From Candidatus Bathyarchaeia archaeon (GTDB taxonomy: Archaea > Thermoproteota > Bathyarchaeia > Bathyarchaeales > Bathycorpusculaceae): DNA of 64,000 nucleotides. This document shows positions 38,163 through 48,377 of this stretch, piece by piece. The notes beneath the pieces are model-generated. The model was not told where the DNA came from. It ran no database searches and saw nothing but the letters and a program-made list of their open reading frames with translations. A program made the position numbers and the translations under genes. Each line of letters starts with the position of its first letter. Position 1 is the stretch's first letter. The stretch is taken from the NCBI GenBank assembly GCA_049512075.1, contig JBEKXL010000011.1, forward strand, positions 9,312-73,311, in the 5' to 3' direction.

Positions 38163-40727
38163 CTATTTCAACTTGATTGCTATGGAGTACGTGGTTCCGT
38201 CGTCCAATGTTACTATTATCTTGTGGGATCCTGCGGATAGGCCTTTGGTGCTGAGGTTGAAGATGTATTGGTTGCTGGCCGGATCATACCTGAAGCTGTT
38301 GAGATTGTTAGACTCCCCAGAAGATGCCCCCGGATTCGATGCCGAGTCGACCCATATGTGAGCCACGGCAGTTGATACGAAGTTACCACCGTTGTCCGTG
38401 AGCTGGAACATTGCTGGAACTACGCTGCCAGCCTTATAGATGCCACCACTCTTGAGTGGAAGAGCGAAACCACTGAACACGTAGACCACACTATACGTGA
38501 CGGTCTTTGTGGCGATGTTGCCCGCTTTATCGGTGGCTGTTATGGTGAAGCTCTTAGAACCAACCGTGCCAGTATCGATGTAGCTTCCACTCGGCACAGG
38601 ACCGCCCCAACCTGCTAAGCCGGAAACAGCGTCGCTACAACCATAATCCGCAGCCACGAGCTGCTTCAGGATATATGTTGCCCCATTCGCTGGAGTGGTT
38701 GCCGTGATCGCTGGAGGAGTCTTGTCTATCATGATTGGTTGAGTCTTGGTCGATTCAACGTTGCCAGCGTTGTCTGTGGAATTATAGTAAACCGTCGTCG
38801 TGCCCTCTCCACCTATCGTGAAGGGACTTGAGTAGGTAATCCAAGTTGGGCCGTCTAAGCTATATGAGGTCCCAGCTACGCCTGAACCGCCAACATTATC
38901 GTTCGCTGATAGAGTTACCGCTACGTCAGAGACGTACCAGCCGTTGTTACCAAGATCTCCAGATAAAAACGCACTTGTTACAGGCGGTGAATTGTCCATA
39001 ACGTATATCACCGCGGCCGTGAAGGCGGACGACACGATCCACGAAGTCACGGACGTGGAGTAGAATCGTTCTCCATTCGCATTTACTGGGTTTGTTATGG
39101 TCACCTTGGAACCAGCGTCGCACCACCCGATGAAGGGGTTTCCGTCGCAAATCGCGGGGTAAGTCCCAGTCTGTTTCGATATGGCGTTTTCCACCCAGGA
39201 TACTGTCGCATTTGCGGGGTAGGGAAGCCCTGTGGTGGTGATAGTAACGTTGAACTGGTGGAAATAGTTGACCGTGTAGGTTAGGGGTTCGGCTACAGAC
39301 CATACATGTGTATCGATGGTGTAGTATCGTTCCGTGCCGCTGTTTTGAACATCATTCTCTATGTAGAGTTGTGTGCCGTGGTCACATTCGTCTGACCATG
39401 TTCCGCCTGAAATACTGCCAGTCATGCCAACGCCGTTCTTTGTATAGTGTACAATGTTTGATGCACTGTCTAGTCCAGGCGTGTTTATGGTCATCATGTG
39501 CTCTCCGCTCAGGCTGAGCGTTGGGTCTCCAAGTATAGTCAAGCCGTAATACATGCCTCGGTCCTGCTCGCCCCACGCACTAAACCAGTGTCGGAAAGCG
39601 TCGCCGAGGGCAAAGCTTTGGCCCAAATCACCGTAGAACAAGTCTTCACCCCGCTCCATGCCGCCTGGCTTAGTACTGCCAACGGCTGCGAGTCCATACG
39701 TCGGTGTGAATATGTACCATCCACCCACATAATCTTGTTGAGTGAAGTCTGCTGCTTGGCAGACAAAGAGATTGTAGAAGAAAACATGAGGATCTGTATT
39801 GCGAACATCAGGGTTACCCATGACCGCAACGTGCTGGGGGGCTGGGTAACCTTCGTATACGGAGCTAGATGGGTGGGAAGGATCTGGAATCAGGAACCCA
39901 TGTCCGGCACTATTACCATGGCACAAAACATCTACGAAACTCCATCCCTCACCAAGTCGGTTTAAATAATCAGATTTGCATGTGGTAGCGTTGTTTTCAA
40001 CCAGTGTGACAGCATCCGCATAGACATAGGCTTTAGCAACGTTGTCTTTGATATGCAACTCAGCGGAATCAATAAGTGTCCAGGGGTCGTCAACGTATAC
40101 CAGGGCCCTCTGGGGAAGGGCTAGGCTTCCAATCCTGTATGCATGGTCTTTGTCAAAGTAGTTCTCAATAAGCGAAACCTCATTGTCCACCATCGTGTCT
40201 GCCTTGAGACGTCCAACCCATATGTCAGGCGCGGTGTTTCCTGTATGCTGATCATACAAGCCATTATGGTTTGAATCTGTCCAGGTGCCGTCTAAATCCA
40301 TGTAGAAAAGGTCTATTGGAAACTGTTCATAGGCATTATTATCATCAGGGTTGTTCATCTCGTACATTGCAGCCGGTATATTGCCGACCAGTAGGCAACC
40401 AGCCAGATCATTCCCCGCCTTCTGCAGGGCACTCCGTTCCGAGCTTAACCAGGCTCTAATATCCTCTGGGGTTCCACCATCAAATTCGTAGACCGCGCAG
40501 CCGAACCCCGTGGCCTCCAAATCTTCCTTATATCGTGCTAAACGAACAGCTATGACGCCTTGTTCCCATAGCGACGAGTTGACCAAAACATAGACGTAGC
40601 GCGAGTTGTGAGACGAGCCTATGACTGGTACAATGTTAGCGCGCGCGCTAATGCTTTTTGGAGCAAGCATTGAAAACATTGGTAAACACAGAATGCTTAT
40701 GATTATCACTGCGAATATCTTTTTCAC
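38163..40727 (-). CDS. Secreted C25 (gingipain-like) cysteine peptidase + Ig-like domains + PxKF-like C-terminal domain
   Basis: GTG start MKKIFAVIII signal peptide; DLFYMDLDG, PDIWVGRL, CHG, LFVC, LGDPTL; GNNGWY.SDV.V.L Ig domain; VVPAMFQL. Confidence 0.85.
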   Translation of the reverse strand: MKKIFAVIIISILCLPMFSMLAPKSISARANIVPVIGSSHNSRYVYVLVNSSLWEQGVIAVRLARYKEDLEATGFGCAVYEFDGGTPEDIRAWLSSERSALQKAGNDLAGCLLVGNIPAAMYEMNNPDDNNAYEQFPIDLFYMDLDGTWTDSNHNGLYDQHTGNTAPDIWVGRLKADTMVDNEVSLIENYFDKDHAYRIGSLALPQRALVYVDDPWTLIDSAELHIKDNVAKAYVYADAVTLVENNATTCKSDYLNRLGEGWSFVDVLCHGNSAGHGFLIPDPSHPSSSVYEGYPAPQHVAVMGNPDVRNTDPHVFFYNLFVCQAADFTQQDYVGGWYIFTPTYGLAAVGSTKPGGMERGEDLFYGDLGQSFALGDAFRHWFSAWGEQDRGMYYGLTILGDPTLSLSGEHMMTINTPGLDSASNIVHYTKNGVGMTGSISGGTWSDECDHGTQLYIENDVQNSGTERYYTIDTHVWSVAEPLTYTVNYFHQFNVTITTTGLPYPANATVSWVENAISKQTGTYPAICDGNPFIGWCDAGSKVTITNPVNANGERFYSTSVTSWIVSSAFTAAVIYVMDNSPPVTSAFLSGDLGNNGWYVSDVAVTLSANDNVGGSGVAGTSYSLDGPTWITYSSPFTIGGEGTTTVYYNSTDNAGNVESTKTQPIMIDKTPPAITATTPANGATYILKQLVAADYGCSDAVSGLAGWGGPVPSGSYIDTGTVGSKSFTITATDKAGNIATKTVTYSVVYVFSGFALPLKSGGIYKAGSVVPAMFQLTDNGGNFVSTAVAHIWVDSASNPGASSGESNNLNSFRYDPASNQYIFNLSTKGLSAGSHKIIVTLDDGTTYSIAIKLK

Positions 40728-41428
40728 TTCTTCTTTCTCCTTTTTTGTCCAATGTTGTTTAGACAAATACGGCCTATAAGACTTATGAAACCATCTTCTA
40801 TGCCACTCTTTCCCCCGCCGATTAAACGACATCAGTATCGCGGCGCGCGCTATTCACTGATCTCCATCGCTTCATCTTGAGCTTCCTGGTCAAATCCCAG
40901 ACAGGCGCGCAAATTTTTCTCGGGACAAGCGCGTTGATCTCCCATTCTTCATAAGGCTTATATTCATAATTGCCTATCTCTAACTTGGTATATCAACTAA
41001 ACCGAAAAGCTAACTATTTGTTAGGACTTCGGGAGATATCTCCACTCGTTTTCAATAGGTTAAGCTAACAATTCTAGGAATCCATGTTTGTTTTCGTTCC
41101 TCAAATAATGTGCAGCGCGCGCCATAAGCTTCGTTTACGCTTTGGGTTTGGCGCGCGCATGCGAAGGCAAATGAAACCTGAACACATGCGTCGAAGACGA
41201 CTGCTTAGTAGGCCTGCCAGACCCTGCCATTCAGGCTTTGTACCACTGGCAACACTACCCATAGTCCCTAGTTTGTTACAATGCAGCATTACGATTGGCG
41301 TTACAAATAAACGGAACCGGTTGACTTTGAAAGAATAGTTCAGCCTGTTTTCAACATGGATTGTCACAATTCAACATTACAACGGAAGTTACAACTGAAA
41401 AGAGGGGTCGACCTCACACGCGGTTCAT

Positions 41429-42958
41429 TCATTTTTTCAGTTCCTCTTTTTTGACTGAGTTATTCTCTGCGTCTGTTTCTTCAGAGAGTCCAAGATGGCT
41501 TCTCCATACTTGTATCGGCTCGTCCTGGACATTGTCTACTTCGGCTTCTATTATGCCCGTTCTTTCTGCATGGGAGAGCCTTCGTAACATTTCCTGATAC
41601 GCAATCGGTTCGCCCGTCTTACTTTCATATGCGGCAGTAATCGTGTCCAGCGTGGGCCTAGTCACCCTTTCCGTTTCCCGGACCGTATCGATGACTTGTC
41701 TATTTCCCATTGACAGCTTTTGATAGAATTCTGCATCTGCTCTCCTCTGTTCTCTCGTTTCAAGGACGTACAGAACCATGACGACCGGAAACAAGGCACA
41801 AATTGTCACCGCAAGATACAAACTGCGCTGAGAAAGGAAAACGGCTGCTCCCCACCAATTTGCAATCGGCTCCGTGAGCAGAACTAGGGCAGCGATTATT
41901 GCTCCTACTTTTACTAGGTCGGTGTTGTGAAACTCAGCAGGGCCAGGTCTGAGAATCCTTCCGCATGAAAAGCACAAGTTCCGGTCGGCTTTGGGATCTC
42001 CGCTGCATTTTGGGCACTCTTGCGATGATCTAGAGAATATCTGGGTGTGTAAGACTTTTTCTGAGAAGGCGAGTACTAGGAACGATCCTAGGAATATCAG
42101 GATCCATCCGCCCAGCAGGAGAAAAAGCTCCATTGCAATGTCTCTGCCGAAGTTGTAGCCTATCAGCAGAATCGTGGCTATCCTCGTTATGCTCAGCACG
42201 TAAATGATTGAAAATCCGACGGGAAATAGTAGAAGTTTCTTCCACAGCTTGTCTCGGATGGTGTAACTGATGAAAATCGCAAACACTAGAAATCCGAGCA
42301 GGCTGTAGAGGCCTGAGCTAGATATGCCGACGGTGAAGCCCAAGGCCTCTCCGCCCGACCTTGTCACTTGGATTACCGGGTTGCCAAGCTGGCTCGTTAG
42401 AGTCGAAGGTATGCCTACAGCCCGAATGAAGGCATAAGAGGCTTCTGAGCTTGCCGATGAAAAAGCTGGGCCGATGTTGCTGAGTATTCCTGACGGCGGC
42501 GTCAAGAGTATGAGGAAAGCCAGGGGAAACGCTAATTCTTTGAGTGTTTGAGTGTTGAAAAGGACAAGGGTTAAGCCTGCGGCGAAGATTGGCAGGGTCA
42601 GCACGTGATATTCCATGTTTGAACCGTACCAATAGAGCAGTATGGCGATTGAAGCGAGAAGCACTCCGACGATAGTCGCCAGGTATCTTATGACCCTTGG
42701 TTGAGCCTGACTCTCAAGCGGCATCACTGTCCTCAACATTTTCCTTTTTCGATAGATCAGGTAGGCGAAGAGAAAGGGTATGGCCAGCATGTAGCTTGTT
42801 GACTCGTTCTGCACAGCGTTAACTGCCACTGTTGCCAAGTCTTGGTGAAAGACAAGAAGAACGGCTACGATGAATGTAGCGATTTTCAAACCAAGAATCA
42901 AACGGTTCTTGTCGGGACCTCGCGTATCCATCGTATATGTCTGCGTGAGCAACTTCAA
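41429..42958 (-). CDS. Exosortase/archaeosortase-like membrane protein with degenerate active site, zinc ribbon and wHTH-like tail
   Basis: AIPFLFAYLIY, ELAFPLAFL..L.P, FTVGISSSGLYSL, SITRIATI; CPKC/CFSC. Confidence 0.78.
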   Translation of the reverse strand: MKLLTQTYTMDTRGPDKNRLILGLKIATFIVAVLLVFHQDLATVAVNAVQNESTSYMLAIPFLFAYLIYRKRKMLRTVMPLESQAQPRVIRYLATIVGVLLASIAILLYWYGSNMEYHVLTLPIFAAGLTLVLFNTQTLKELAFPLAFLILLTPPSGILSNIGPAFSSASSEASYAFIRAVGIPSTLTSQLGNPVIQVTRSGGEALGFTVGISSSGLYSLLGFLVFAIFISYTIRDKLWKKLLLFPVGFSIIYVLSITRIATILLIGYNFGRDIAMELFLLLGGWILIFLGSFLVLAFSEKVLHTQIFSRSSQECPKCSGDPKADRNLCFSCGRILRPGPAEFHNTDLVKVGAIIAALVLLTEPIANWWGAAVFLSQRSLYLAVTICALFPVVMVLYVLETREQRRADAEFYQKLSMGNRQVIDTVRETERVTRPTLDTITAAYESKTGEPIAYQEMLRRLSHAERTGIIEAEVDNVQDEPIQVWRSHLGLSEETDAENNSVKKEELKK

Positions 42959-43148
42959 TCAATTTGACCTGTAAATTGAGCACTTAAATAGTTTTGGGAG
43001 CACGCAAAATATACGAACACTGCGAAATGAGAGACGTAAAACAGTCAGTCGTTTTACGTGGTACTAATTGGTGTATTTCCATCTAGCCCAGCACGCGCAC
43101 ATGTGCCTTCTGGAAACATGTCCTTGTCGTGCGTTGTCCGAAATGTTG

Positions 43149-43754
43149 TTATGGATGGTAGTAGCCCTTGTCGACTTTGACGAAGATTAGGGGGCCCTTG
43201 CTTTGGGTCAGTTCTCGCGCCTTTCTCAAGGTGTCGTTTACAACGTTCACTATTTGTTCTTCATCGCTTTCGTAATCTTTGTTTTCTTCTCCCAGCTCCA
43301 TTTTGAGGAGGTTCTCTGCTAGGATTGATGTGCCGCATATCTCCGCGTTTTTGACGAGGGTGGATATTATGATGTCTTCGATTTCCTGGCGATGTGAGAG
43401 TCTTCTCCAGGCTGTTTCGCCGTTGTTGAGAACTCTTGCTGCGTGGTTCCATCTCTTGGAGTTCTCATTGCCGATGAGCAGTTTGACTCGTTCCTTCCAC
43501 TTGTTAAGCCAGATTCCCGTCCAGATTGCCAAAAACTCGTCCAGTTCGCTCGGCGTCTCGTTGAAGAGCTTCTCAAGCCGCTCCACGACGTCACACTCGT
43601 TTGCCTCTTTCCCCACGAGATCCCAGTGGACCTTGAGATAATTCGTCAAATCCTGACATGCAATCTGAAGCACCTTGCGGTCAGATCCCAAAACATCCAG
43701 CATCGGGTTCTTGTCCTTCAGCTTATCTGACAGCAATATCTCAATGAAGTTCAT
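43149..43754 (-). CDS. Hypothetical helical protein
   Basis: 201-aa ORF with GGAG SD-like sequence and upstream TATA-like box. Confidence 0.75.
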   Translation of the reverse strand: MNFIEILLSDKLKDKNPMLDVLGSDRKVLQIACQDLTNYLKVHWDLVGKEANECDVVERLEKLFNETPSELDEFLAIWTGIWLNKWKERVKLLIGNENSKRWNHAARVLNNGETAWRRLSHRQEIEDIIISTLVKNAEICGTSILAENLLKMELGEENKDYESDEEQIVNVVNDTLRKARELTQSKGPLIFVKVDKGYYHP

Positions 43755-43900
43755 GGGTACTCCCGTCTCGAAGCCTTCTCCAACCTAACCTAGACATTCG
43801 CGCTTTTAATAAGCTTTATTCGTAGATGCTTCTAGAACATTACTCAGTAGTTTTCAGCTGTATTACCGTTCTAGAAATATTCTGAACCCCATGTGACCGG

Positions 43901-44569
43901 CTATTCCAGAAACTCCGGAAGCTCACTAACGTCCTGCAAAATCAGGTCAGGCTTCTCCCTCTCCAACTCTTCACGAGTAAAGATTCCCGTCAGAACCGCA
44001 ATCGTGTGGGCTCCAGCACTCTTTCCCGCTCTCACGTCGATGACAGAGTCGCCCACCACCGCACAATCACTCATCCTCACACCCAAATGCTCCGCACACT
44101 TGATGAGCGCCTCAGGAGACGGCTTCGGCTTCAACGTGTCCTGCGACGTTACTATCTTCCGGAAGTATTTTGCCAACCCAAACTTCGCCAACTCCCTCCT
44201 TACTTCGACCTCGGGAACGTTGCGCCGGGTCGTCACCGCCAACAATGCCCTAGACGAGAGCCTCTCAAGGGTGGCCGTAACGTTCGAGAATGGGCGGGTC
44301 TTCTCGGCGGTGGCTCGATAGTACGCCCGAAGGTAGATTTCCTTGAACCTCTTCACGCCAGCCCCCATGATCAGGTCCTCTATGGGCAGGTTCTCCTCAA
44401 GCCTCCTAGGAATCTCCGTCACACTCCTTGCGTCAACCTTCCCCTGTCCTGCCGAAGCGAAGGCCATCTCAGCTGCCTCACGGTACGCACCTCTCGAGTC
44501 CACCAACGTGCCGTCCAAGTCGAAGATTATCGCCTTCACCCTTAACTTCGGCTTCAACATCGACACCAT
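43901..44569 (-). CDS. HAD-superfamily phosphatase (phosphoglycolate phosphatase-like)
   Basis: IIFDLDGTL, KPSPE, VGDSVIDV.AG. Confidence 0.92.
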   Translation of the reverse strand: MVSMLKPKLRVKAIIFDLDGTLVDSRGAYREAAEMAFASAGQGKVDARSVTEIPRRLEENLPIEDLIMGAGVKRFKEIYLRAYYRATAEKTRPFSNVTATLERLSSRALLAVTTRRNVPEVEVRRELAKFGLAKYFRKIVTSQDTLKPKPSPEALIKCAEHLGVRMSDCAVVGDSVIDVRAGKSAGAHTIAVLTGIFTREELEREKPDLILQDVSELPEFLE

Positions 44570-45025
44570 CCTCAGCGAGATTGGCTTCGCCGTTGCTGCT
44601 TGTCTTACCAAGCTTCTAATAACCTTTGGGCTGGAAGTACGCCTCGGCAACCCCCTCCTTCTGTTTTCTGAAAAGAACCAATTCTCTTCCGGGCCCAGGT
44701 CCAAGACGGCCCAGAAACAGGTAGTCGAACCCTCGCGCGCTCGAAACCTTTTTTATGTTAAAAACTTTGGATGGTTCGCTTGGCAGATTGCGCAAGCCAA
44801 GACTTAAGTATTACGGTTGGCACAACCCAGATTTAGGGCACAAGTTCAACACATGTTTTCTTCTCCCTTCTCCCGGAAAACGTGGATGAAAACTTTCGCC
44901 CACCTTTCGCTATTATCCAAGAGGTGGCACGAGGCAAGCGCGCTAAGCGGGTAAACCATTGGAACCTTCTCACTTCAATAGTTCCTGCATGTCCTTGTGG
45001 TTGTAGTTTTGACGTGATTGCAGAG

Positions 45026-46342
45026 TCATGTGTGTTGCCCGTAATGCTTTGCAAGTATGACGAGGTCTGATAGGCCGACTGTGCCGCTGTCGTCCATGTC
45101 TGCGTTGGGGTTCCAGTTCGCACTGTTAGGTTTGGACCCGTAGGCGTGCGCGAAAATAGCCAGGTCTGAGAGGCTGACTTTGAAGTCGCCGTTGAGGTCG
45201 CCCGGAATTGATACGGTAACCAAGCCGTCTGTGCAGTTGTTGTTCGTCGTGTTTGTTTCGTCCGAAACCGGCAGGGCGTATGCGCTTATGGTGTAGTTGC
45301 TGTAGACAACACCGGTGGTGTTCCAGGAGAGGGTGATGTTCGTGGAGTTTCCAGCTGACAGGGTGGCGTTTAGTGAAGTGATGGGAGCTGTGTTGGCGTA
45401 AAGTGTGACGTTGAACGTTTCTGGGTAGCTGCCCAGGTCTGCTGCTATAACGATCGTGTCTAGGCTGTAGCCTTGGCCAACAAGAGTTTTGGAAGGCGTA
45501 ACACTTGTGAGGGCTACGTCATGGATATTCACCGGAGCCGCATAAGCCACGCTGAAACTTGAAGGCCCATTCGGATACGCACTATCCAGCAAGCCGGAAG
45601 GCTTTGCACTTCCCCCGTTGGGATCATCTAAGGCAATCGCATCATAGGTTCCTGGTCCTTGACCGTCTATGGCATATGTTGTACCAGTGTTGTCTGTGAA
45701 CTGGGCACTGCTAAAGTTGACTGTGCCAAAGTTTGCGAGCGGCAACACTTCCGCTGATAATGATGGCGCTTCAACCACCCACTCGGCAGATTGACGTTGC
45801 GCGACCGCGCTGTAAGCCCTTGAATACGATTGTCTCGTTGTCAAATCGGTAATCGACAGAGCGAACAGGCTACCGCCTTCGTATGCGACCGACGCTGTGA
45901 AAGCGTCTCCGTTATTCACCGTGAGCCCGGTTATTATTCGCGATGGCCTTGGATAGAATTCGACCCAAGCATAGTTTTCCTGTATACCGTTCACACAGTC
46001 TTGCTCTGTACCTATCTGCTCCACGGTCCCGTCTGAGAAGCCATCTATTCCCACCCATGTTGCATCGTACGTGTTTTGGGAGGAATTAAGAGTGAGAGTT
46101 GGAATCACCCAGTTGCCCGTAACGCTATTCACGAACCCGTTTGCTGGGGAGGATATGCTCGACACTGCAGCATACCCGCTCCAGTTTGTACTAATACCTG
46201 CTCGTGTCTTGATGTTTGGGCGGGAAGACGGAGAGTTGTTAGCCAGCATGATTGTAAAAAACGGGTTCATTAGGATGAAAGCCACTAGTACTAATCCTGC
46301 TCTGTTAAGCCAACCGCAAAAAATCTGCACGCGCCTGGGCAT
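45026..46342 (-). CDS. Secreted glutamic peptidase (G1/A4 family) + CARDB + dockerin-like domain
   Basis: STNWSGYA, WVGIDG, EQIGT (Gln), AEWVVEAP (Glu); C-terminal GDLNGDFKVSLSDL...ADMDDSGTVGLSDL. Confidence 0.87.
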   Translation of the reverse strand: MPRRVQIFCGWLNRAGLVLVAFILMNPFFTIMLANNSPSSRPNIKTRAGISTNWSGYAAVSSISSPANGFVNSVTGNWVIPTLTLNSSQNTYDATWVGIDGFSDGTVEQIGTEQDCVNGIQENYAWVEFYPRPSRIITGLTVNNGDAFTASVAYEGGSLFALSITDLTTRQSYSRAYSAVAQRQSAEWVVEAPSLSAEVLPLANFGTVNFSSAQFTDNTGTTYAIDGQGPGTYDAIALDDPNGGSAKPSGLLDSAYPNGPSSFSVAYAAPVNIHDVALTSVTPSKTLVGQGYSLDTIVIAADLGSYPETFNVTLYANTAPITSLNATLSAGNSTNITLSWNTTGVVYSNYTISAYALPVSDETNTTNNNCTDGLVTVSIPGDLNGDFKVSLSDLAIFAHAYGSKPNSANWNPNADMDDSGTVGLSDLVILAKHYGQHT

Positions 46343-46555
46343 TGTTGTTGTCCTTCCGCACGCTATGTGAGGAGTTTCATTTCCGTTTCTTATAAACGCA
46401 ACGAAATGTGCGTGTATCACGACTCGACACTGTGGTTGAGGAGAACATGTGTTCGCGCTTACTGCTCGTTTCGATAGGTTTTTATTTGCGGCCAGTTGTC
46501 TAAGGTAGATACCTAATAAATCTGTCTGGAGCAGAAACATCAGGAGTGATGGGCG

Positions 46556-46864
46556 ATGGTTAGGAAAGCGCGAATACGCTTGACAAGTACGGACTACTCG
46601 AAATTGGAGGAAGTCTGTGAGGAACTGAAAGGTATCGCCCAGAAAACAGGGGTTAAGATCAACGGTCCAGTTCCATTACCCACGAAACGGTTGAAAGTTC
46701 CGGTGCTGAAGTCACCGTGCGGGGAAGGAACCGCAACCTGGGACAGGTGGGAGATGCGCATTCATAAACGCCTGATTGACATCGACGCTGAAGAACGTGT
46801 TATGCGGCGTATCATGCGCATCCGCGTTCCAGAAGAAGTTCACGTGACAATAGAATTAATGTAG
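46556..46864 (+). CDS. rpsJ: 30S ribosomal protein S10
   Basis: KARIRL...GPVPLPTK...[24 protein letters not shown]. Confidence 0.97.
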   Translation: MVRKARIRLTSTDYSKLEEVCEELKGIAQKTGVKINGPVPLPTKRLKVPVLKSPCGEGTATWDRWEMRIHKRLIDIDAEERVMRRIMRIRVPEEVHVTIELM

Positions 46865-47023
46865 CCTCTCAGTGTCCGAGAGTGTGAGGCTGTGCTTCAG
46901 GAGAGCTCTGAGGCGCAAGATACTTCAGGCTCGACCCCTCCTTTCTAACGCACGTCGGTTGTAATGTTTCTCTGTGTGTGACAGATGTTGGAGAAGAAGA
47001 CGGGCGTGTGGGGGGTTGGACGT

Positions 47024-47290
47024 TCAAATCAGAGTTTTGAGTTTTTCCCTGTCCCAATTGAACAGGGGGCAGGCCTCGCATTTTTCCAGAAACTCTTGAC
47101 CCTTTTTCGTTGTTTTCAAATTGCGCTTTTCACCAATTTCCAGCAGTCCTCTCTCCACGAGTTCGTTGAGATACAGCTTGGCCTGCAAGTACGACAGGCC
47201 AACGTCTCTCATTATTTCGGTCTTCATCCTTCCAGAAGCAGCCCTATTCAATATCTCCATAGCGATCTCATGTCTATCTCTGTTAACCAT
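47024..47290 (-). CDS. Winged-helix DNA-binding protein
   Basis: NRDRHEIAMEIL...KTEIMRDVGLSY...YLNEL...TTKKGQEFL. Confidence 0.85.
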   Translation of the reverse strand: MVNRDRHEIAMEILNRAASGRMKTEIMRDVGLSYLQAKLYLNELVERGLLEIGEKRNLKTTKKGQEFLEKCEACPLFNWDREKLKTLI

Positions 47291-47375
47291 TTCATACCAA
47301 CTGAAAACCGACGCTCTCTAATTACTGTCACTCTGCACAGAATATTTATGCCTTTCCTACAGCATGCTTGCACAT

Positions 47376-48173
47376 TCAGCCTAGGAATATGACCCAGAAA
47401 CCCACCGTGAGAACTGCGCTGACAGCGAAAGCCAGGGCCCAGACCTTCTTGTTCCACGTGAAAACCTTCAATCCATCAAATATTCCGAACGGAATGAGGT
47501 TAAAAACCGCTATCCATGCATTGAACCAGGCAATGACTCCGAAAACCAAAGTGTAGCCGGGCAAAGCTGCCACAGCAGCTGAGAAAATTGTTGCCAACAC
47601 AATATTCGTGGCGGGTCCCGCTACGGCTGTTTTCCCCATAGTCGTCTGATCAGCACCAGCCACCATGACCGCGCCAGGAGATATGAACTTGAAAGGCAGC
47701 GCTATGGAAATCGCAGTTATAATTGCCCCACTGGCTGTGAGTCTAAACTCCGCCCACAGCCCATGCTTCTGTGCGACTATTTTGTGGGCCATCTCGTGCA
47801 TGAGAAAAGAGGCCGTGAACCCTACTGCAGACAAGGCCAGCAAAAGGTAGCCTCCGTTTGCGACTCTTGCGAAATCTAATGATATTCCCACGCCGACAAC
47901 GAGAACGGTGGCCAAAGCTAGGTGTCCGAGCTCCTTGATGCTGAAGTGGAATCCTCTCTGCGTTGACCTGACCGGCACGTAGGTATACTTATACTCGATG
48001 GGCTTCTGCCACTGGGCCATCACCGGATGCGTTTCGTCTTTGGGCACTCGTGCCTGTGCTATTCGTGGGCATTCGTGGTTTTCTGGTAGCCGGTGTTCGG
48101 AACAGAAGTAGCCTCCGCAGTACTGGCATTTGAAAGGCAGGTATGTTTCTCTTCTGCATTTTTGGCATATCAT
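47376..48173 (-). CDS. AN1-type zinc finger fused to M50 (site-2) intramembrane metalloprotease
   Basis: C..C...LPFKC.YC...FC.EHRLPENHEC; HEMAH; AGPATN; NLIP...DG. Confidence 0.9.
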   Translation of the reverse strand: MICQKCRRETYLPFKCQYCGGYFCSEHRLPENHECPRIAQARVPKDETHPVMAQWQKPIEYKYTYVPVRSTQRGFHFSIKELGHLALATVLVVGVGISLDFARVANGGYLLLALSAVGFTASFLMHEMAHKIVAQKHGLWAEFRLTASGAIITAISIALPFKFISPGAVMVAGADQTTMGKTAVAGPATNIVLATIFSAAVAALPGYTLVFGVIAWFNAWIAVFNLIPFGIFDGLKVFTWNKKVWALAFAVSAVLTVGFWVIFLG

Positions 48174-48377
48174 CGCTTGATATTCACTCGTCTCCGATTC
48201 TCTGAAGAATGAGCGAGGTTTATGTGTTTCTATCTCGATGAGAACTGTATTCCTTTCCGTTTTTCGTTCTTCCATGAATTGAACTCGCCAGCTTGCTGTG
48301 GGCGTGGGGAAGGAGTCAAAAGCGAAGAGTAAAATCTCGCAACTTATTTAGCACGTTCAACTGGTAGGCTTTGAGGA

